Counted from the stretch's first letter, positions 20,942 through 32,946 are shown. The stretch: 64,000 bases of DNA from an uncultured cyanobacterium (GCA_963718615.1 OY970368.1:4672001-4736000); one strand, 5' to 3'. A program made the numbers and translations. The notes: a model not told the origin generated them from the sequence alone.

Positions 20942-23900
20942 ATGCAAGAATCGAGCGGCTCAAATTCTGTAGCTTCAGCAAATGTTTCGGTCCAAACCCT
21001 CCATGAACCGATTTTCTACCTTCAGTTTTTGCGCCAATTGACGCAAAAACTCCATCAAAGTCAGGACTTGACTCGCACCTTTCATCAGCTACTCCAAAAC
21101 ATCGGTGAGGTTTTGCAAGTTGACCACTGTAGTCTGGCCTGGGTGCCTGATCCGGCGGCGGCAGAAGCTCGAATTCTAGCGGATTATAGCAGTGAATCCT
21201 GGCGATCTTTGCAGCATTGGGCGGTTCCACTTTCGGCCCATCCGCTGCTTCAGCAAACCCTCATGCTTCAGGGCAAAACCGTTGCCCTCAGTGAGGTACA
21301 AAATCCTAGTCTTTTAGAATCGGTACGTCCATTGGTGGGGGCAATGCAGCTGCAAGCTTGCCTGATGGTTCCGGCATTGTATCGGAGTCGTGCCCAGGGT
21401 TTCTTGATGTTGCAACAGTGCGATCGCCCTCATTGTTGGAGTCCAGACGAAATTGAGTTTATGGAAGCGATCGCGATGCAGTTTGCGATCGCCCTTTGCC
21501 ATCTGCGGGTGTTGCAGACAGAACAAACTCAGCAAATGCTAGAGCAATGCCAAGCGGCGACTCCCCTACCTCCCCAAGCATCGCAGTCTACCTCAGACAA
21601 TCCTCAAGCGCTGAGTAACGCTGAGCTTGCGGAGATACAGCTCAATCAATCGCTGCGGGAATTAGGGAAGTTTCGCTATGCCCTCGATCAAGCGGCGATC
21701 GTCGCCATGACCGATGCTCAGGGGGTAATTACGTCGGTTAATCCGCTATTTTGCCAAGTCTCCCAGTACAGCGCGGCTGAGTTGATTGGCCAAACCCACC
21801 GTCTGGTTAATTCGGGATACCATACACCCGATTTTTTTCGATTGCTTTGGTCGACGATTTGTCAAGGCCAGGTTTGGCGAGGAGAAATCTGTAATCGAGC
21901 CAAGGATGGCAGTCTTTATTGGGTTGATACCACGATTGTTCCCTTTTTAGATGCGCAGCAGCAAGTCACTCAATACTTAACGATTCGATATGACATTACG
22001 AATCGCAAACAAGCGGAAAAAGATTTGCAGCAACGATTTCAGCAGTCGATTCTTTTACGTCAAATTACCCGAGAAATTCGGCAAAGTTTAGAGACATCAG
22101 AAATCTTTCAAATCGCGGTCTGTAAAGTTCGACAGATTTTACAGGCAGATCGGGTGGGTGTTTATCGGTTCGACGAAAATTCCCAACATACAGAAGGATC
22201 CTTTGTTGCTGAAGATGTGGTTGCAGATTTTTGCTCGGCCCTAGCGGTTAAGGTGCGCGATCGCTGTTTCGGTAATGAATATACAACGGCCTATCATCAG
22301 GGAAGGATCTTAGCTATTGAGGATATTTATGCCGCTGGCTTGAGTGACTGTCATTTGTCAGTTTTATCCCAATTTCAAGTGAAAGCGACCTTGGTTTTGC
22401 CCCTATTTCAGGGTGAACAACTTTGGGGCCTGTTCTGCATTCATCAATGTGCCGAGCCTCGAACTTGGCAGAATACAGAAATTGAGTTTTGTCTTGAGAT
22501 TGCTAACCAATTGGGTGTGGCGTTGCAGCAAACCAAATTCTTCAATCAGGCTCAGCAAAAATCAAAGAAACTACAACAGGCACTCACAGCGGTTCAAAAT
22601 CAGAAGCAACGATTGATGACAATCGCTGAGCAAGAGCGGACGCTCTACTATGTGATCCAGCGGTTGCGCCAAAGTCTGAATGTGGATGAGATTTTTGCAG
22701 TCACGACGCAGGAGATACAGCGAATTTTTCAGTGCGATCGCGTCGTTGCCTATCAGTTTGATGCGGATTGGGGAGGAAAGTTTGTGTTTGAAGCGGCCAA
22801 GCCGGATTTACAACCGCTAGCTCAGCTTTCCCAAGCGTCGACCTGGAACGATACCTATTTACAGGAAAATCAAGGTGGACGTTATCAGGACCATCAAATT
22901 TCAATGGTTTCTGACATTTACCAAACGCCCCACTCGGATTGTCATCTTGCAATTCTAGAATCATTTAAAATTCGTGCCTATGTGGTTGTTCCTGTTTTTG
23001 TGGGGGCTAAGCTTTGGGGTTTATTAGCTTGTTATCAAGAACAGGAGCCTCGACTTTGGTCCTTGCCAGAACGAACGCTGTTACGGCATGTCAGCGATCA
23101 ACTCGGCGTTGCGCTTAAACAGGCAAGTTTGGTCATTGAATTACAACAGGCCAAGGATCTGGCAGATGCCGCAAATCTTGCAAAAAGTACGTTTTTGGCC
23201 AATATGAGCCACGAGCTGCGAACCCCGCTAAATGCCATTCTGGGATTTAGTCAACTCCTTCATCGAGATTCAAGCTTAACGCCTCAACAGCGCTCTACGT
23301 TGGATACAATTAACCGTAGTGGAGCCCATTTACTCAATCTCATCAATGACATTTTGGAAATGTCTAAAATTGAAGCGGGATATGTCACGCTAAATCCTAG
23401 TAATTTAGATTTATACGCCTTGCTCAATTCCATTGAGGAAATGTTTCAGCTCAAGGCTAAGGCGAAACAACTACAATTACAATTCCAGCATCATTCAGAA
23501 ATCCCTCAATACATTCATACGGACGAGAGCAAGTTGCGACAGGTTTTAATTAATGTCGTGGGCAATGCCATTAAGTTTACGCAACTGGGTAGCGTAAACT
23601 TAGGGATTACGGCCCGAAGATTGCCGATGGAAAAGTTGCCGATAGAAAGATTGCTGATGGAAAGAAAAGATAGAATTTTAGATGAAACGGGTTGCCCCAT
23701 TGAACCGCAAACTCTCGAACTTCTATTTGAGGTTCAGGATACAGGGCCTGGGATTGCCGCCGCTGAATTGCCGACGCTGTTCGATGCCTTTACTCAAACG
23801 GAAACAGGACGCCAGACCCAGGAAGGCACCGGACTAGGCTTGCCCATTAGTCGTCGATTCGTGCAGCTCATGGGGGGGGAGATGCAGGTCCACAGCCAGG

Positions 23901-24637
23901 TGGGGCAAGGGACCTGCGTGCAGTTTTCGATTCAGACAACTCCGGCTTTGGCTGCAACAATTGCACCCCCTTGCGATCAGCGGGTTGTGGGTTTAGCGTC
24001 AGGCCAACCCGCCTATCGAATTTTGGTTGTTGAAGACCGCGCTGAAAATCGAGAGTTGCTGGTACGATTGTTAACGATGGTTGGCTTTGAGGTTGCCATG
24101 GCTGAAGAGGGTGAAGCCGCTGTCGCACAATGGCAAACTTGGTTTCCCCACTTGATCTGGATGGATCTCCAAATGCCGGTGATGGATGGTTATGTCGCGA
24201 CTCGTCGCATTCGGGACCTGGAAGCCCAGACCCCAGAGCGGCCTCGTACCTGCATCATTGCGCTTACGGCTAGTGCCTTTGAGGAAACGCGAACAATTAC
24301 GCTGGATCAAGGGTTTGATGATTTTGTGAGTAAGCCCTTCCAAGAATCGTTTTTGTTTAGCAAAATGGCCCAGTATTTGGGTGTGCACTATTGTTATGAA
24401 ACGGTTGAATCGTCCTCGGGCTTTCTATTGGTTTCAGAGGCCGATCTAAAAGCGCTAGACCAGGAGCAGGTGTGTGCGCAGCTTCAGCAAACCTCTGACC
24501 TTCTGGCGACTTCAAATCCTGGCTGCGGCGAGTACGTTGGACGAAGAAGCGATCGCCCAACACATCCAACAATTATCGCCGGACGTTCGTATGCTAGCCA
24601 CCCAACTACAAACGTGGCTGGAAACCCTGCGGTTTGA
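20942..24637 (+). CDS. Cyanobacteriochrome hybrid histidine kinase (GAF-PAS-GAF-GAF-HisKA-HATPase-REC), C-terminal frameshift
   Basis: DRCF...DCH and WNDTYL...DCH GAFs; [10 protein letters not shown]; DTGPGI, GTGLGL; IWMDLQMP. Confidence 0.92.
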   Translation: MQESSGSNSVASANVSVQTLHEPIFYLQFLRQLTQKLHQSQDLTRTFHQLLQNIGEVLQVDHCSLAWVPDPAAAEARILADYSSESWRSLQHWAVPLSAHPLLQQTLMLQGKTVALSEVQNPSLLESVRPLVGAMQLQACLMVPALYRSRAQGFLMLQQCDRPHCWSPDEIEFMEAIAMQFAIALCHLRVLQTEQTQQMLEQCQAATPLPPQASQSTSDNPQALSNAELAEIQLNQSLRELGKFRYALDQAAIVAMTDAQGVITSVNPLFCQVSQYSAAELIGQTHRLVNSGYHTPDFFRLLWSTICQGQVWRGEICNRAKDGSLYWVDTTIVPFLDAQQQVTQYLTIRYDITNRKQAEKDLQQRFQQSILLRQITREIRQSLETSEIFQIAVCKVRQILQADRVGVYRFDENSQHTEGSFVAEDVVADFCSALAVKVRDRCFGNEYTTAYHQGRILAIEDIYAAGLSDCHLSVLSQFQVKATLVLPLFQGEQLWGLFCIHQCAEPRTWQNTEIEFCLEIANQLGVALQQTKFFNQAQQKSKKLQQALTAVQNQKQRLMTIAEQERTLYYVIQRLRQSLNVDEIFAVTTQEIQRIFQCDRVVAYQFDADWGGKFVFEAAKPDLQPLAQLSQASTWNDTYLQENQGGRYQDHQISMVSDIYQTPHSDCHLAILESFKIRAYVVVPVFVGAKLWGLLACYQEQEPRLWSLPERTLLRHVSDQLGVALKQASLVIELQQAKDLADAANLAKSTFLANMSHELRTPLNAILGFSQLLHRDSSLTPQQRSTLDTINRSGAHLLNLINDILEMSKIEAGYVTLNPSNLDLYALLNSIEEMFQLKAKAKQLQLQFQHHSEIPQYIHTDESKLRQVLINVVGNAIKFTQLGSVNLGITARRLPMEKLPIERLLMERKDRILDETGCPIEPQTLELLFEVQDTGPGIAAAELPTLFDAFTQTETGRQTQEGTGLGLPISRRFVQLMGGEMQVHSQVGQGTCVQFSIQTTPALAATIAPPCDQRVVGLASGQPAYRILVVEDRAENRELLVRLLTMVGFEVAMAEEGEAAVAQWQTWFPHLIWMDLQMPVMDGYVATRRIRDLEAQTPERPRTCIIALTASAFEETRTITLDQGFDDFVSKPFQESFLFSKMAQYLGVHYCYETVESSSGFLLVSEADLKALDQEQVCAQLQQTSDLLATSNPGCGEYVGRRSDRPTHPTIIAGRSYASHPTTNVAGNPAV

Positions 24638-24664
24638 CAAGATTGAAGCTTTAATTCAAGGAGA

Positions 24665-26539
24665 ATGTTAAGAATGGAGTACCCTCAGTTGAGCCAGTCC
24701 GATGCCAAAAAAGCTGAGATTTTGATCGTCGATGACAATCTTGACAATCTCAATTTACTATCTAATATTTTGACCCAGCAGCAATACCGGGTGAAACGAG
24801 CAGTCAATGGGGCGATCGCCCTCAAATCCTTGCAAAAACAGCTCCCCGATCTGATTTTATTGGATATTACAATGCCTGAGATCTCAGGCTATGAGGTTTG
24901 TGAACAACTCAAGCAGGATCCCAAAACGCGAGAGATCCCCATCATTTTCATTAGTGCTTTGAGTGATTCTATTGATAAGGTTAAAGCCTTTTCGGTGGGT
25001 GGCGTCGATTATGTAACCAAACCCTTTCAAATGGCGGAAGTCTTGGCTCGGGTCGAAACCCATCTGGCCTTACAAGCTGCGAAGCAGGCACTGAGCGAGA
25101 TCAATCAGCAATTAGAAGAACGGGTTGAGCAACGGACGGCGCAGCTCAATGCCATGAATCAGACGTTGCAGCAGGAGATTTTGCAACGCCAATTGGCCCA
25201 GGAGCAGCTCCTCCATCTGGCTTACCACGACTCCTTAACCCACCTGCCCAATCGGGCCTATTTGATGGAAGAACTGAACCGGGCACTGGGCCATGTTCGG
25301 TCGAATGCGAGCGATCGCTTTGCAGTGCTTTTTTTAGATTGTGATCATTTCAAAGTTATTAATGATTCCCTCGGTCATCTGATGGGAGACCAGCTTCTGA
25401 TTGCTGTTGCCCAACGTCTAGCCCATTGTCTACCAGAAAACTGTGTTTTGGCCCGATTGGGCGGCGATGAGTTTATGGTGTTGGTTAAAGCAATTCATGC
25501 CCTCGCAGAGGCTGAACAGGTTGCCCAAACGCTGCTCGCAGAAATCGCGCATCCTTTCTCCTTGGCCCATCAAGAACTGTTTATTAATGCCAGTCTTGGT
25601 CTTGTGATGGGAGATGCTAGCTATGAGCAACCGGAGGTTTTGCTGCGCGACGCTGACACTGCGATGTATCAAGCCAAGGCGGAAGGACGTTCCTGTTATC
25701 GAGTCTTTAATCAGGCGATGCATCAACAAGTTCTCAATCGCCTCAAAATTGAAAGCTATCTACGAACAGCCCTTAATCAGCCTGAACAGTTCTATTTAAT
25801 GTATCAACCGATTATTGAGTTGGCTACCGGTAGAGTGGCGGGATGTGAAGCTCTGGCGCGTTGGCATCATCCCCAAGCCGGTCTGATTTCTCCCGAACAC
25901 TTTATTCCTATTGCAGAAGATACGGGACTCATTATTCCCTTTGGATTACGGATTTTAGAAGCCGCCTGTCTACAGCTTAACCATTGGAAAGAACGGTGGG
26001 CGATTAAGCATCAAATTGAACAGTTTGCAACATCGGTAATTCCTTGGAAAATTAGTATTAATCTATCCGTCAAGCAATTTCTGCGTCCGGGCTGGATTGA
26101 GCAAATTGATCAACTCCTCGAACGATTTGAGTTAGATAGTCGATTTCTCAAGTTTGAAATTACTGAAACGGCACTGATGGAAGATGCTGACCAAGCGGCA
26201 GAGATACTAAAACAGCTCAAATTGCGTCAGATTCAGTTGGCGATCGATGATTTTGGTACAGGCTATTCTTCGCTGAGCTATCTCCATCGTTTCCCGGTGG
26301 ATACGCTCAAGATCGATCGTTCCTTTATCGCTTCATTTGCCTCCCACGATCGCCGCATTGTGCAAGCAGCGATTAACCTTGCCCATGATTTGAAGATGGA
26401 TGTTGTGGCTGAAGGGATTGAAACCGCCGCAGCGGTGGACTGTTTGAAGGCCCTCGGCTGTGACTATGGCCAGGGCTATTACTTTGCCAAGCCGCTGGAT
26501 GAGCAAGCCATGGGCCAGTTGCTGGGATTGAATGACTAG
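24665..26539 (+). CDS. REC-GGDEF-EAL protein
   Basis: LILLDITMP, GGDEF, EAL, DDFGTGYSS. Confidence 0.95.
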   Translation: MLRMEYPQLSQSDAKKAEILIVDDNLDNLNLLSNILTQQQYRVKRAVNGAIALKSLQKQLPDLILLDITMPEISGYEVCEQLKQDPKTREIPIIFISALSDSIDKVKAFSVGGVDYVTKPFQMAEVLARVETHLALQAAKQALSEINQQLEERVEQRTAQLNAMNQTLQQEILQRQLAQEQLLHLAYHDSLTHLPNRAYLMEELNRALGHVRSNASDRFAVLFLDCDHFKVINDSLGHLMGDQLLIAVAQRLAHCLPENCVLARLGGDEFMVLVKAIHALAEAEQVAQTLLAEIAHPFSLAHQELFINASLGLVMGDASYEQPEVLLRDADTAMYQAKAEGRSCYRVFNQAMHQQVLNRLKIESYLRTALNQPEQFYLMYQPIIELATGRVAGCEALARWHHPQAGLISPEHFIPIAEDTGLIIPFGLRILEAACLQLNHWKERWAIKHQIEQFATSVIPWKISINLSVKQFLRPGWIEQIDQLLERFELDSRFLKFEITETALMEDADQAAEILKQLKLRQIQLAIDDFGTGYSSLSYLHRFPVDTLKIDRSFIASFASHDRRIVQAAINLAHDLKMDVVAEGIETAAAVDCLKALGCDYGQGYYFAKPLDEQAMGQLLGLND

Positions 26540-26603
26540 CGCAACTGACTAGCGCAACCCTCTACAATCTAGTAAAGATCTCTTGGCATTGATTGCCAGT
26601 TTC

Positions 26604-27836
26604 ATGCCGAAACCTTCTCCCTTAGCCCGCGCAACGCTTCTACTGGTCAGTACCCTGACCGTCATGGCGGGGGCGACAATCTCGCCTTGTTTGCCTGCGA
26701 TGCAGCTCCATTTTGCCGAGTTGTCTGGTGGGGAATCCGATCTCCATTTGGCGCTTTTGATTCGCTTGGTCTTGACGCTACCCGCGTTGTTGATTGTGAT
26801 AGCTTCTCCGATCGCAGGCTGGGCCGTCGATCGATGGGGACGAAAACCGCTGCTTTTGGGCGCAGCTTTGCTCTATGGGGTGGCAGGCAGTTCGGGCTTT
26901 TGGGTCGATACGTTGACGGCAGTTCTGGTGGGGCGCGCCTTTTTGGGGCTAGCGGTGGCCGGCGTGATGGTGAGTGCCACAACGCTAATTGCAGATTTCT
27001 ACCAGGGGGAAGCCAGAGCCCAGTTTATGGGATGGCAAGCGGCGTTTATGGGCTTGGGGGGCGTGGTCTTTTTGTCCTTGGGCGGCACGCTGGCCGATGT
27101 GAGCTGGCGGTTTCCCTTTTTGATTTATCTTGCCGCTTGGGGCATGGTGCCGCTGATTGGGTTGGTGTTGCAAGAGCCCGTACGTGAGGCGAAAGCAGGA
27201 CCTGGGAAACCGGAGGCGATCGCCCCAACGCCAACCCCAGCCCCAATCCCGATTCCCTGGCAACGCCTATCGTTGATCTATGGCCTGATGGTGCTCTGCC
27301 AGATGGTGTTCTATTTGATTCCGGTACAACTGCCGTTTTATTTGGCCCAGATCGGCAAGACCTCTGGCCAGCAGAGTGGTTTGGCGATCGCCTTTTGCAC
27401 CCTCTTCGCCTCGCTGGCCTCCTTTCTCTATGGTCAATTGCGCACCCGCTTGGACTTTGCCAGCATCATGCCGCTGATGTTTGCGCTGATGGGCTTGGGC
27501 TATTTTTTTATGGGTCGTGCCAGCAACTATGCCGGAATTTTGGCCGGATTGGCGATCGCTGGTCTGGGGTTGGGTCTAGTCCTCCCTAATTTGAACCTCT
27601 GGACGGCAACGGTTGTGCCCGATGCCATCCGAGGACGGGCGCTCGGCGGTTTAAGCACGGCCCTATTTCTGGGGCAGTTTTTGTCCCCGATTTTTGGCCA
27701 ACCGCTGACGCTCTATCTGGGGTTGGCCGGGATGTATAGCGGAGTCGGCATCGCCTTAATGGGATTGGCCCTCCTCCTAGCCGGACAGCGGTATTGGCTC
27801 AACCGTCAGGTTTTACGACTAAACCAACGGAAATAG
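26604..27836 (+). CDS. MFS transporter
   Basis: G..VDRWGRK motif A; ~12 TM. Confidence 0.9.
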   Translation: MPKPSPLARATLLLVSTLTVMAGATISPCLPAMQLHFAELSGGESDLHLALLIRLVLTLPALLIVIASPIAGWAVDRWGRKPLLLGAALLYGVAGSSGFWVDTLTAVLVGRAFLGLAVAGVMVSATTLIADFYQGEARAQFMGWQAAFMGLGGVVFLSLGGTLADVSWRFPFLIYLAAWGMVPLIGLVLQEPVREAKAGPGKPEAIAPTPTPAPIPIPWQRLSLIYGLMVLCQMVFYLIPVQLPFYLAQIGKTSGQQSGLAIAFCTLFASLASFLYGQLRTRLDFASIMPLMFALMGLGYFFMGRASNYAGILAGLAIAGLGLGLVLPNLNLWTATVVPDAIRGRALGGLSTALFLGQFLSPIFGQPLTLYLGLAGMYSGVGIALMGLALLLAGQRYWLNRQVLRLNQRK

Positions 27837-28546
27837 GTTGAGACACTCAGTTCTTTCAGCGGAAACGTCACAAACGTCAGCGGATTAATCGTCACAATAA
27901 TATTCCGTCGTCCCCGCGCCGCCTGGGCCAAAATCTGTCGAGCTACCCAGTCCGCATCCATCACCCCCACGGGATTGAGCTCGCTCTTAAACGGCCCTAG
28001 AATCAGCTTGCGCACGGGACAGGGCGCATCTAACCGCCGCAGTGTCACCAGGTCGCCCAAGGTCCGCTTGCTGAGCTCGTAGAGCGGGCTAAAGGCCGGA
28101 TTGGACTCGGCTTCCGATGTATTCACCCAGACTTCTTTGGACGTTGCACGGGCGTGAGTCGGGTCAGCGGCATCCGGCACCGTGGTGAAAAACAGCTCCA
28201 GCAATCGCCAGCTCGACCAGGCATTGACCTCATAGGACTGGTGAATCGCCTCTGGGGTGCGATCGCCCCCCACATTCACCCCATGGTTGAGCAGCAAAAT
28301 ATCCACCTGGGCCAAAGGCTCCGCCAACGCCGCTTCCTTCCCCACCTGCCAGGTCACGGTTTCGATCGCCACAGGGCCGGTTGGCGTTGAGAGCTCTAGG
28401 GGATGCGATCGCGTTGTCAACGCCAGCACTGTCGCTCCAGCCTGATGCAAGCACAACAGCAACGCCTGCCCCAATCGCCCCGAGGCCCCCGTCACCGCCA
28501 CTCGCTTGCCCGCCCAGACATCCAGGCTTATTTTTTTGTTCACCAT
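27806..28546 (-). CDS. Short-chain dehydrogenase family protein
   Basis: VTGASGRLG, YELSK. Confidence 0.85.
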   Translation of the reverse strand: MVNKKISLDVWAGKRVAVTGASGRLGQALLLCLHQAGATVLALTTRSHPLELSTPTGPVAIETVTWQVGKEAALAEPLAQVDILLLNHGVNVGGDRTPEAIHQSYEVNAWSSWRLLELFFTTVPDAADPTHARATSKEVWVNTSEAESNPAFSPLYELSKRTLGDLVTLRRLDAPCPVRKLILGPFKSELNPVGVMDADWVARQILAQAARGRRNIIVTINPLTFVTFPLKELSVSTYFRWFSRKT

Positions 28547-28721
28547 GAAAAATTTCTCCGCTTGAACGGGAATCTTAAGAAGAGGGTAATCTAAGGTCTG
28601 TCTTGAAACTGCCGTACCTCGATCGCATCTACGATCATCGGTGAACCGTCGCTCTCCGTTGAGATTGAGATTGATCCCAGAGATTCGGGCTATGTATATC
28701 TAGGAGGACCCCATTTTTACT

Positions 28722-29102
28722 ATGGACTTCAGTCAACTGACGCCTGCGGAAAAGCAAGCCGTGGGTCTTTACTCGCCCTACTACAATCAACAAAACAAGC
28801 GTTCCGTGTTGCCCTTTGCCCTGAGTCTTTACCAACGGGGAGCCGTGGAAGGCGAGCGTCGCATTGAAGGCAGCAGTAGCGTGCCCTTTGTGGCCAGTTG
28901 GTTTGTATCCGCCTTACCTTCAGATATGACCCGCTGCCGCATCCAGTTTGATGGCAATTCCGAGCTGGATTATGAGCTAACCCTGTCCAATCACGAATTT
29001 ATCGATTATCTGATTGATTTGTTGATTAATCACAAGCGACTCAAGATGACGGACTTTTCCCAATCCTTCTACCGTCGCCTCTTGCAGTACGACGAAGGCT
29101 AG
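28722..29102 (+). CDS. ebsA: Type IV pilus/biofilm protein EbsA
   Basis: Y.PYY...KR..LPFALSLYQ.G..EGER.IEG recognised. Confidence 0.8.
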   Translation: MDFSQLTPAEKQAVGLYSPYYNQQNKRSVLPFALSLYQRGAVEGERRIEGSSSVPFVASWFVSALPSDMTRCRIQFDGNSELDYELTLSNHEFIDYLIDLLINHKRLKMTDFSQSFYRRLLQYDEG

Positions 29103-29187
29103 GGCGATCGCCTTTTCCATGCCCGAATCTACTGCTTCCCCTAGAATGTAGGAAAATTGCTGCATTTACGGGTGGGAGAGAGACCGC

Positions 29188-30306
29188 GTGCCGAAGGATG
29201 ATGTGCGAAATCGGGCGAAGCACTTACTGATTGGTTCTGTCGAAGCCCACAGTGGCAAGTCGGCAATGGTGTTGGCCATCCTGCACCAGCTCAAAAGCCG
29301 AGGCTATAACCTGGGTTACGGTAAACCCTTGGGCACTTGTCTCGACAATCCCTTGGGGGCGAGCTGTCAGTCCCCCCACGGAACCCCGGACCTCGTGGAT
29401 GAAGATGTCCGGTTTCTCGCGAGCAGCTTGTCCTTAGCCAGCGAGCAGCTTTATCCCACGCTGTTGCTGCTGGATCAACAAACCATCCAGGAGCGCATGA
29501 GGGGCGACAATGCTGTAGATTATCGAGAGCTGCTCTCCAAATATCAAACCGAGTCCAGCCATGATTTGATTGTGGTGGAAGGTCCGGGCACCCTGGATGA
29601 AGGCTATTTGTTCCATCTGTCGCTTCGAGAAACCGCAGAAGCCTTGAATGCGGCGGTGGTTCTGGTCAGTCGGTTTACCGAGCCCTGGTCTGTGGATTCG
29701 ATTCTGGGGGCGAAGCAGCGCTTGGGGGATGCCGTGCTAGGGGTTGTCTTCAATGATGTGCCTAAGAAACACATTAAGACCGTTCAAACCGTCATCAAAC
29801 CCTATTTAGAAGCCCGGAATATTTTGGTCTTGGGGATCGTGCCCCACAGCGAACTGCTGCGCAGCGTCAGCGTCGCAGAATTGGTGCATCGGCTTGATGC
29901 GACGGTGCTGTGCTCAAAGGAGCGCCTGGATTTGATGGTGGAGAGCCTTTGCATTGGGGCGATGAATGTGAATTCGGCGCTGAAATACTTCCGCAAGGGG
30001 CACAACATGGCGGTGGTGACGGGGGGCGATCGCACGGATCTCCAACTGGCTGCCCTGGAAACCTCCACCCAATGCCTCATTCTCACGGGTCGGGTTGCGC
30101 CGCGTCAGGATATCTTGACCCGTGCTGAAGAAATGGAAATTCCCATTCTCACGGTTGATCTGGATACCCTGACGACGGTGGAACTGATTGACAAAGCCTT
30201 TAGCGAGGTGCGGTTCCATGAGCAGGTGAAGGCCCAGTGTATTTCCCAGATGAGCAGTACTTACTTGGATATCGATCGCCTTACCCAGGCCCTGGGCTTG
30301 ACCTAA
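29188..30306 (+). CDS. Phosphotransacetylase N-terminal-like (AAA_26 + DRTGG) protein
   Basis: SGKS, VEG, TGGDRTD. Confidence 0.88.
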   Translation: MPKDDVRNRAKHLLIGSVEAHSGKSAMVLAILHQLKSRGYNLGYGKPLGTCLDNPLGASCQSPHGTPDLVDEDVRFLASSLSLASEQLYPTLLLLDQQTIQERMRGDNAVDYRELLSKYQTESSHDLIVVEGPGTLDEGYLFHLSLRETAEALNAAVVLVSRFTEPWSVDSILGAKQRLGDAVLGVVFNDVPKKHIKTVQTVIKPYLEARNILVLGIVPHSELLRSVSVAELVHRLDATVLCSKERLDLMVESLCIGAMNVNSALKYFRKGHNMAVVTGGDRTDLQLAALETSTQCLILTGRVAPRQDILTRAEEMEIPILTVDLDTLTTVELIDKAFSEVRFHEQVKAQCISQMSSTYLDIDRLTQALGLT

Positions 30307-30323
30307 CCTGACCTAACTTGACC

Positions 30324-30917
30324 TCAACAATCGGGGACTTCGTCGGCGAAGGAGGCCCATTTTTCAAATTCAAAGGGTCCGGCAATGGAGCCCCAGACCA
30401 GTTCATCGGTGTCGCGATCGCGCCCTCGGTCCAAGCTGGTGAGCCGCTCGGGAGTCACTTCAAATTCGCTGTCTAGATAGGTTTCCCGGCCCTTGCGCGT
30501 CACCGTACAAGCTTTCCCCGGTTCTACGACGGCTTTGAAGCTGTTGCCGGTCCAGTGGACGAGAAAGGAACAGCCGGGCATTTTCTTGATTTGGCTGGCA
30601 TCAAGCCCCTGTAAGCGCTCCGGCTGGCGCGATGCCCCGTAGAACGCCTCGCCATTTTCGATTTCGTAATTTTCGAGCTCGATGTCGTTTTCCCTCGGGA
30701 CAAACTTAAGGATCCGCGCCCGGTAGGGCAGCATCAGGTCGATATCGTAGGCCTGTTCGAGATAAAGGCTCATGCCCTCCATTAGCGCCCAGGGCAAAGG
30801 CCGCATACAAACGCGGATGTGGGCAAAAAACGGGGGATTCTCAAAAGCCTGGGGCTGATTGCTAAAATCGGCGGCCATCCAGCGGGCCAGCGTTTTAATA
30901 TCCGTAGAGTGAGTCAT
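30324..30917 (-). CDS. cpcT: Phycobiliprotein lyase CpcT/CpeT
   Basis: FSNQPQAFENPPFFAHI, EQAY, PYR, DRG, VWGS. Confidence 0.92.
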   Translation of the reverse strand: MTHSTDIKTLARWMAADFSNQPQAFENPPFFAHIRVCMRPLPWALMEGMSLYLEQAYDIDLMLPYRARILKFVPRENDIELENYEIENGEAFYGASRQPERLQGLDASQIKKMPGCSFLVHWTGNSFKAVVEPGKACTVTRKGRETYLDSEFEVTPERLTSLDRGRDRDTDELVWGSIAGPFEFEKWASFADEVPDC

Positions 30918-30963
30918 CTAACCTAGAGATTCGAAAATCATTGTTATGTCTCTAAAATTCTAA

Positions 30964-32217
30964 ATGCTTCCCAGCGACCTCCTGATCAACCGCCTCTCCG
31001 GCGAAGCCATTGTCCCCAAGCGGCTGGAGATCAATGGGGAACATCGGGCGATCGCCCAAAACCTGATCGACTGCTTCGCCGAATTTCGCGGCCAACCCCA
31101 GGGAGAACTCGATCGCCGTCTGACGGAGCTAGAGGGAGACAGTCCTGACTACAAGCTCAAACGGGGGCTGGCCCATTTGCTGCGCAAAGGCTTTTGTACC
31201 TTTGAGGCGGTGAGTCCGCTGGATCCCATTGAACTGCGTCGTCGGGCCTTTGCGAGCGCTGCCCAATCCATCCCCAGCCCCAGCCAAACCGAAGTCACCC
31301 TCACCCAGTTGGCCCAGGAGCTGACCGCAGAACTCGGCCAAGAAGTCTTGGCCCAACAGCTCCGGGATGGTCTCTACGCCGACCTCCCCAGCAACCACAT
31401 CCTGACGGAATACGAAGCCCCCAGCGCCGAAGCGCTCCTGCACCGCTACAACCTTTCCCAGGTCCAGGGCATTTTCTACCAGGCCACCCAGGTCGTCCTC
31501 AATGCCCACCGCAACGACCCCGGCGAATACAAACTGCTGTTTCGCTATCTCAAGCTGTTTCAGCTCATGGCCTACATTGAAGGCGACGCCGACCATGGCT
31601 TTACCATCACCGTCGATGGTCCCACCAGTTTGTTCAAAGCCAGCACCCGCTACGGCCTCTCCCTGGCCAAATTGCTCCCGGCCCTGCTCCACGTCACCCG
31701 CTGGAGCTTGACCGCCCATCTCCAACGCCGGGATTTCTACAGCCGCGAACTGCGCAAGGGTCTGTTTAGTCTTGATTCCGATTGCGGTCTGGTCAGCCAC
31801 TATCCCCCCGGCAAAACCTACGACAGTTTGTTGGAGGAGTCCTTTGTCAAGGGCTGGGAGAAACTCAAAACCGACTGGCGACTAGAGCGGGAAGTGGATT
31901 TGATTCCGATTCCGGGGTCGGTGATGATTCCGGATTTTCGCTTGGTGCATCCGTCGGGACTGTCTTTTCTGCTGGAAATTGTCGGCTACTGGCGACCGGA
32001 ATATCTCCGCAAAAAATTTTCCCAGGTCCGTCAGTCAGGGCGGGATGACTTAATTCTGGCGATTTCTGAACGGCTCAACCTCGAAAAAGCTGGGGTAAAA
32101 GCTGAGCAGATTCCCGTGCCGGTGGTTTGGTTCAAGGATCGATTGTCACCCAAGAGCGTTTTAGCTGTGTTGCCCGAGCTCGATTCTGCCCAAGCCCCTC
32201 GTACAATGGAAGACTGA
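30964..32217 (+). CDS. DUF790 predicted endonuclease
   Basis: YNLSQVQG, DGP.SLF, YDS.LE, IPDF, LEIVGYW.PEYL. Confidence 0.9.
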   Translation: MLPSDLLINRLSGEAIVPKRLEINGEHRAIAQNLIDCFAEFRGQPQGELDRRLTELEGDSPDYKLKRGLAHLLRKGFCTFEAVSPLDPIELRRRAFASAAQSIPSPSQTEVTLTQLAQELTAELGQEVLAQQLRDGLYADLPSNHILTEYEAPSAEALLHRYNLSQVQGIFYQATQVVLNAHRNDPGEYKLLFRYLKLFQLMAYIEGDADHGFTITVDGPTSLFKASTRYGLSLAKLLPALLHVTRWSLTAHLQRRDFYSRELRKGLFSLDSDCGLVSHYPPGKTYDSLLEESFVKGWEKLKTDWRLEREVDLIPIPGSVMIPDFRLVHPSGLSFLLEIVGYWRPEYLRKKFSQVRQSGRDDLILAISERLNLEKAGVKAEQIPVPVVWFKDRLSPKSVLAVLPELDSAQAPRTMED

Positions 32218-32248
32218 TGTCTAGCAAATTGAGCAAGTCCTTATCCCT

Positions 32249-32503
32249 ATGGTCAGGCCCCAAGACGTCGAAACGATGATCCAAGCGAAATTTCCTGATG
32301 CTCAGGTTCAGGTGCAAGACCTGACGGGCGGCGGCGATCATTATCAGGTCACCGTCGTGTCTGAAGCCTTTGCGGGCAAGTCCCTGGTTCAGCAGCACCA
32401 AATGGTCTACGGCGCGGTTAATGATGCCATGGCCAGCGAAGCCATCCATGCCCTAGCGCTCAAAACCTATACGCCGGAGAAGTGGGCTGCTACGAATCCT
32501 TGA
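32249..32503 (+). CDS. bolA: BolA family protein
   Basis: [22 protein letters not shown]. Confidence 0.93.
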   Translation: MVRPQDVETMIQAKFPDAQVQVQDLTGGGDHYQVTVVSEAFAGKSLVQQHQMVYGAVNDAMASEAIHALALKTYTPEKWAATNP

Positions 32504-32622
32504 GGCCGATTGTCGTCTGGCTCCTTGCGGGGCGATCGCCTAAAGTAAAATCATTGCCCATTCACCGACAGCCCATTGACCGACAGCCCATTCACTTAAC
32601 GTTGATTGAACCCAAATCCCCC

Positions 32623-32946
32623 ATGAATCCAGAACTCAAAACCAAACTCGATGCCCTAGTCCAAGACAATAAGATCATGGTCTTCATGAAGGGCAATAAG
32701 CTCATGCCCCAGTGCGGCTTTTCCAACAATGTCGTGCAGATTCTGAGCACCCTCGGCATACCCTTTGAAACCGTTGATGTTCTTGCAGACCCTGACATCC
32801 GCCAAGGCATCAAAGAATATTCCAATTGGCCGACCATTCCCCAGGTCTATATCAATGGGCAATTTATCGGCGGTTCCGACATTCTCATCGAACTCTATCA
32901 AAGCGGTGAGCTACAGCAGATGGTTGAGGTAGCGCTCGCATCCTAG
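32623..32946 (+). CDS. grxD: Monothiol glutaredoxin Grx4
   Basis: PQCGFS, WPTIPQ, GGSD. Confidence 0.95.
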   Translation: MNPELKTKLDALVQDNKIMVFMKGNKLMPQCGFSNNVVQILSTLGIPFETVDVLADPDIRQGIKEYSNWPTIPQVYINGQFIGGSDILIELYQSGELQQMVEVALAS

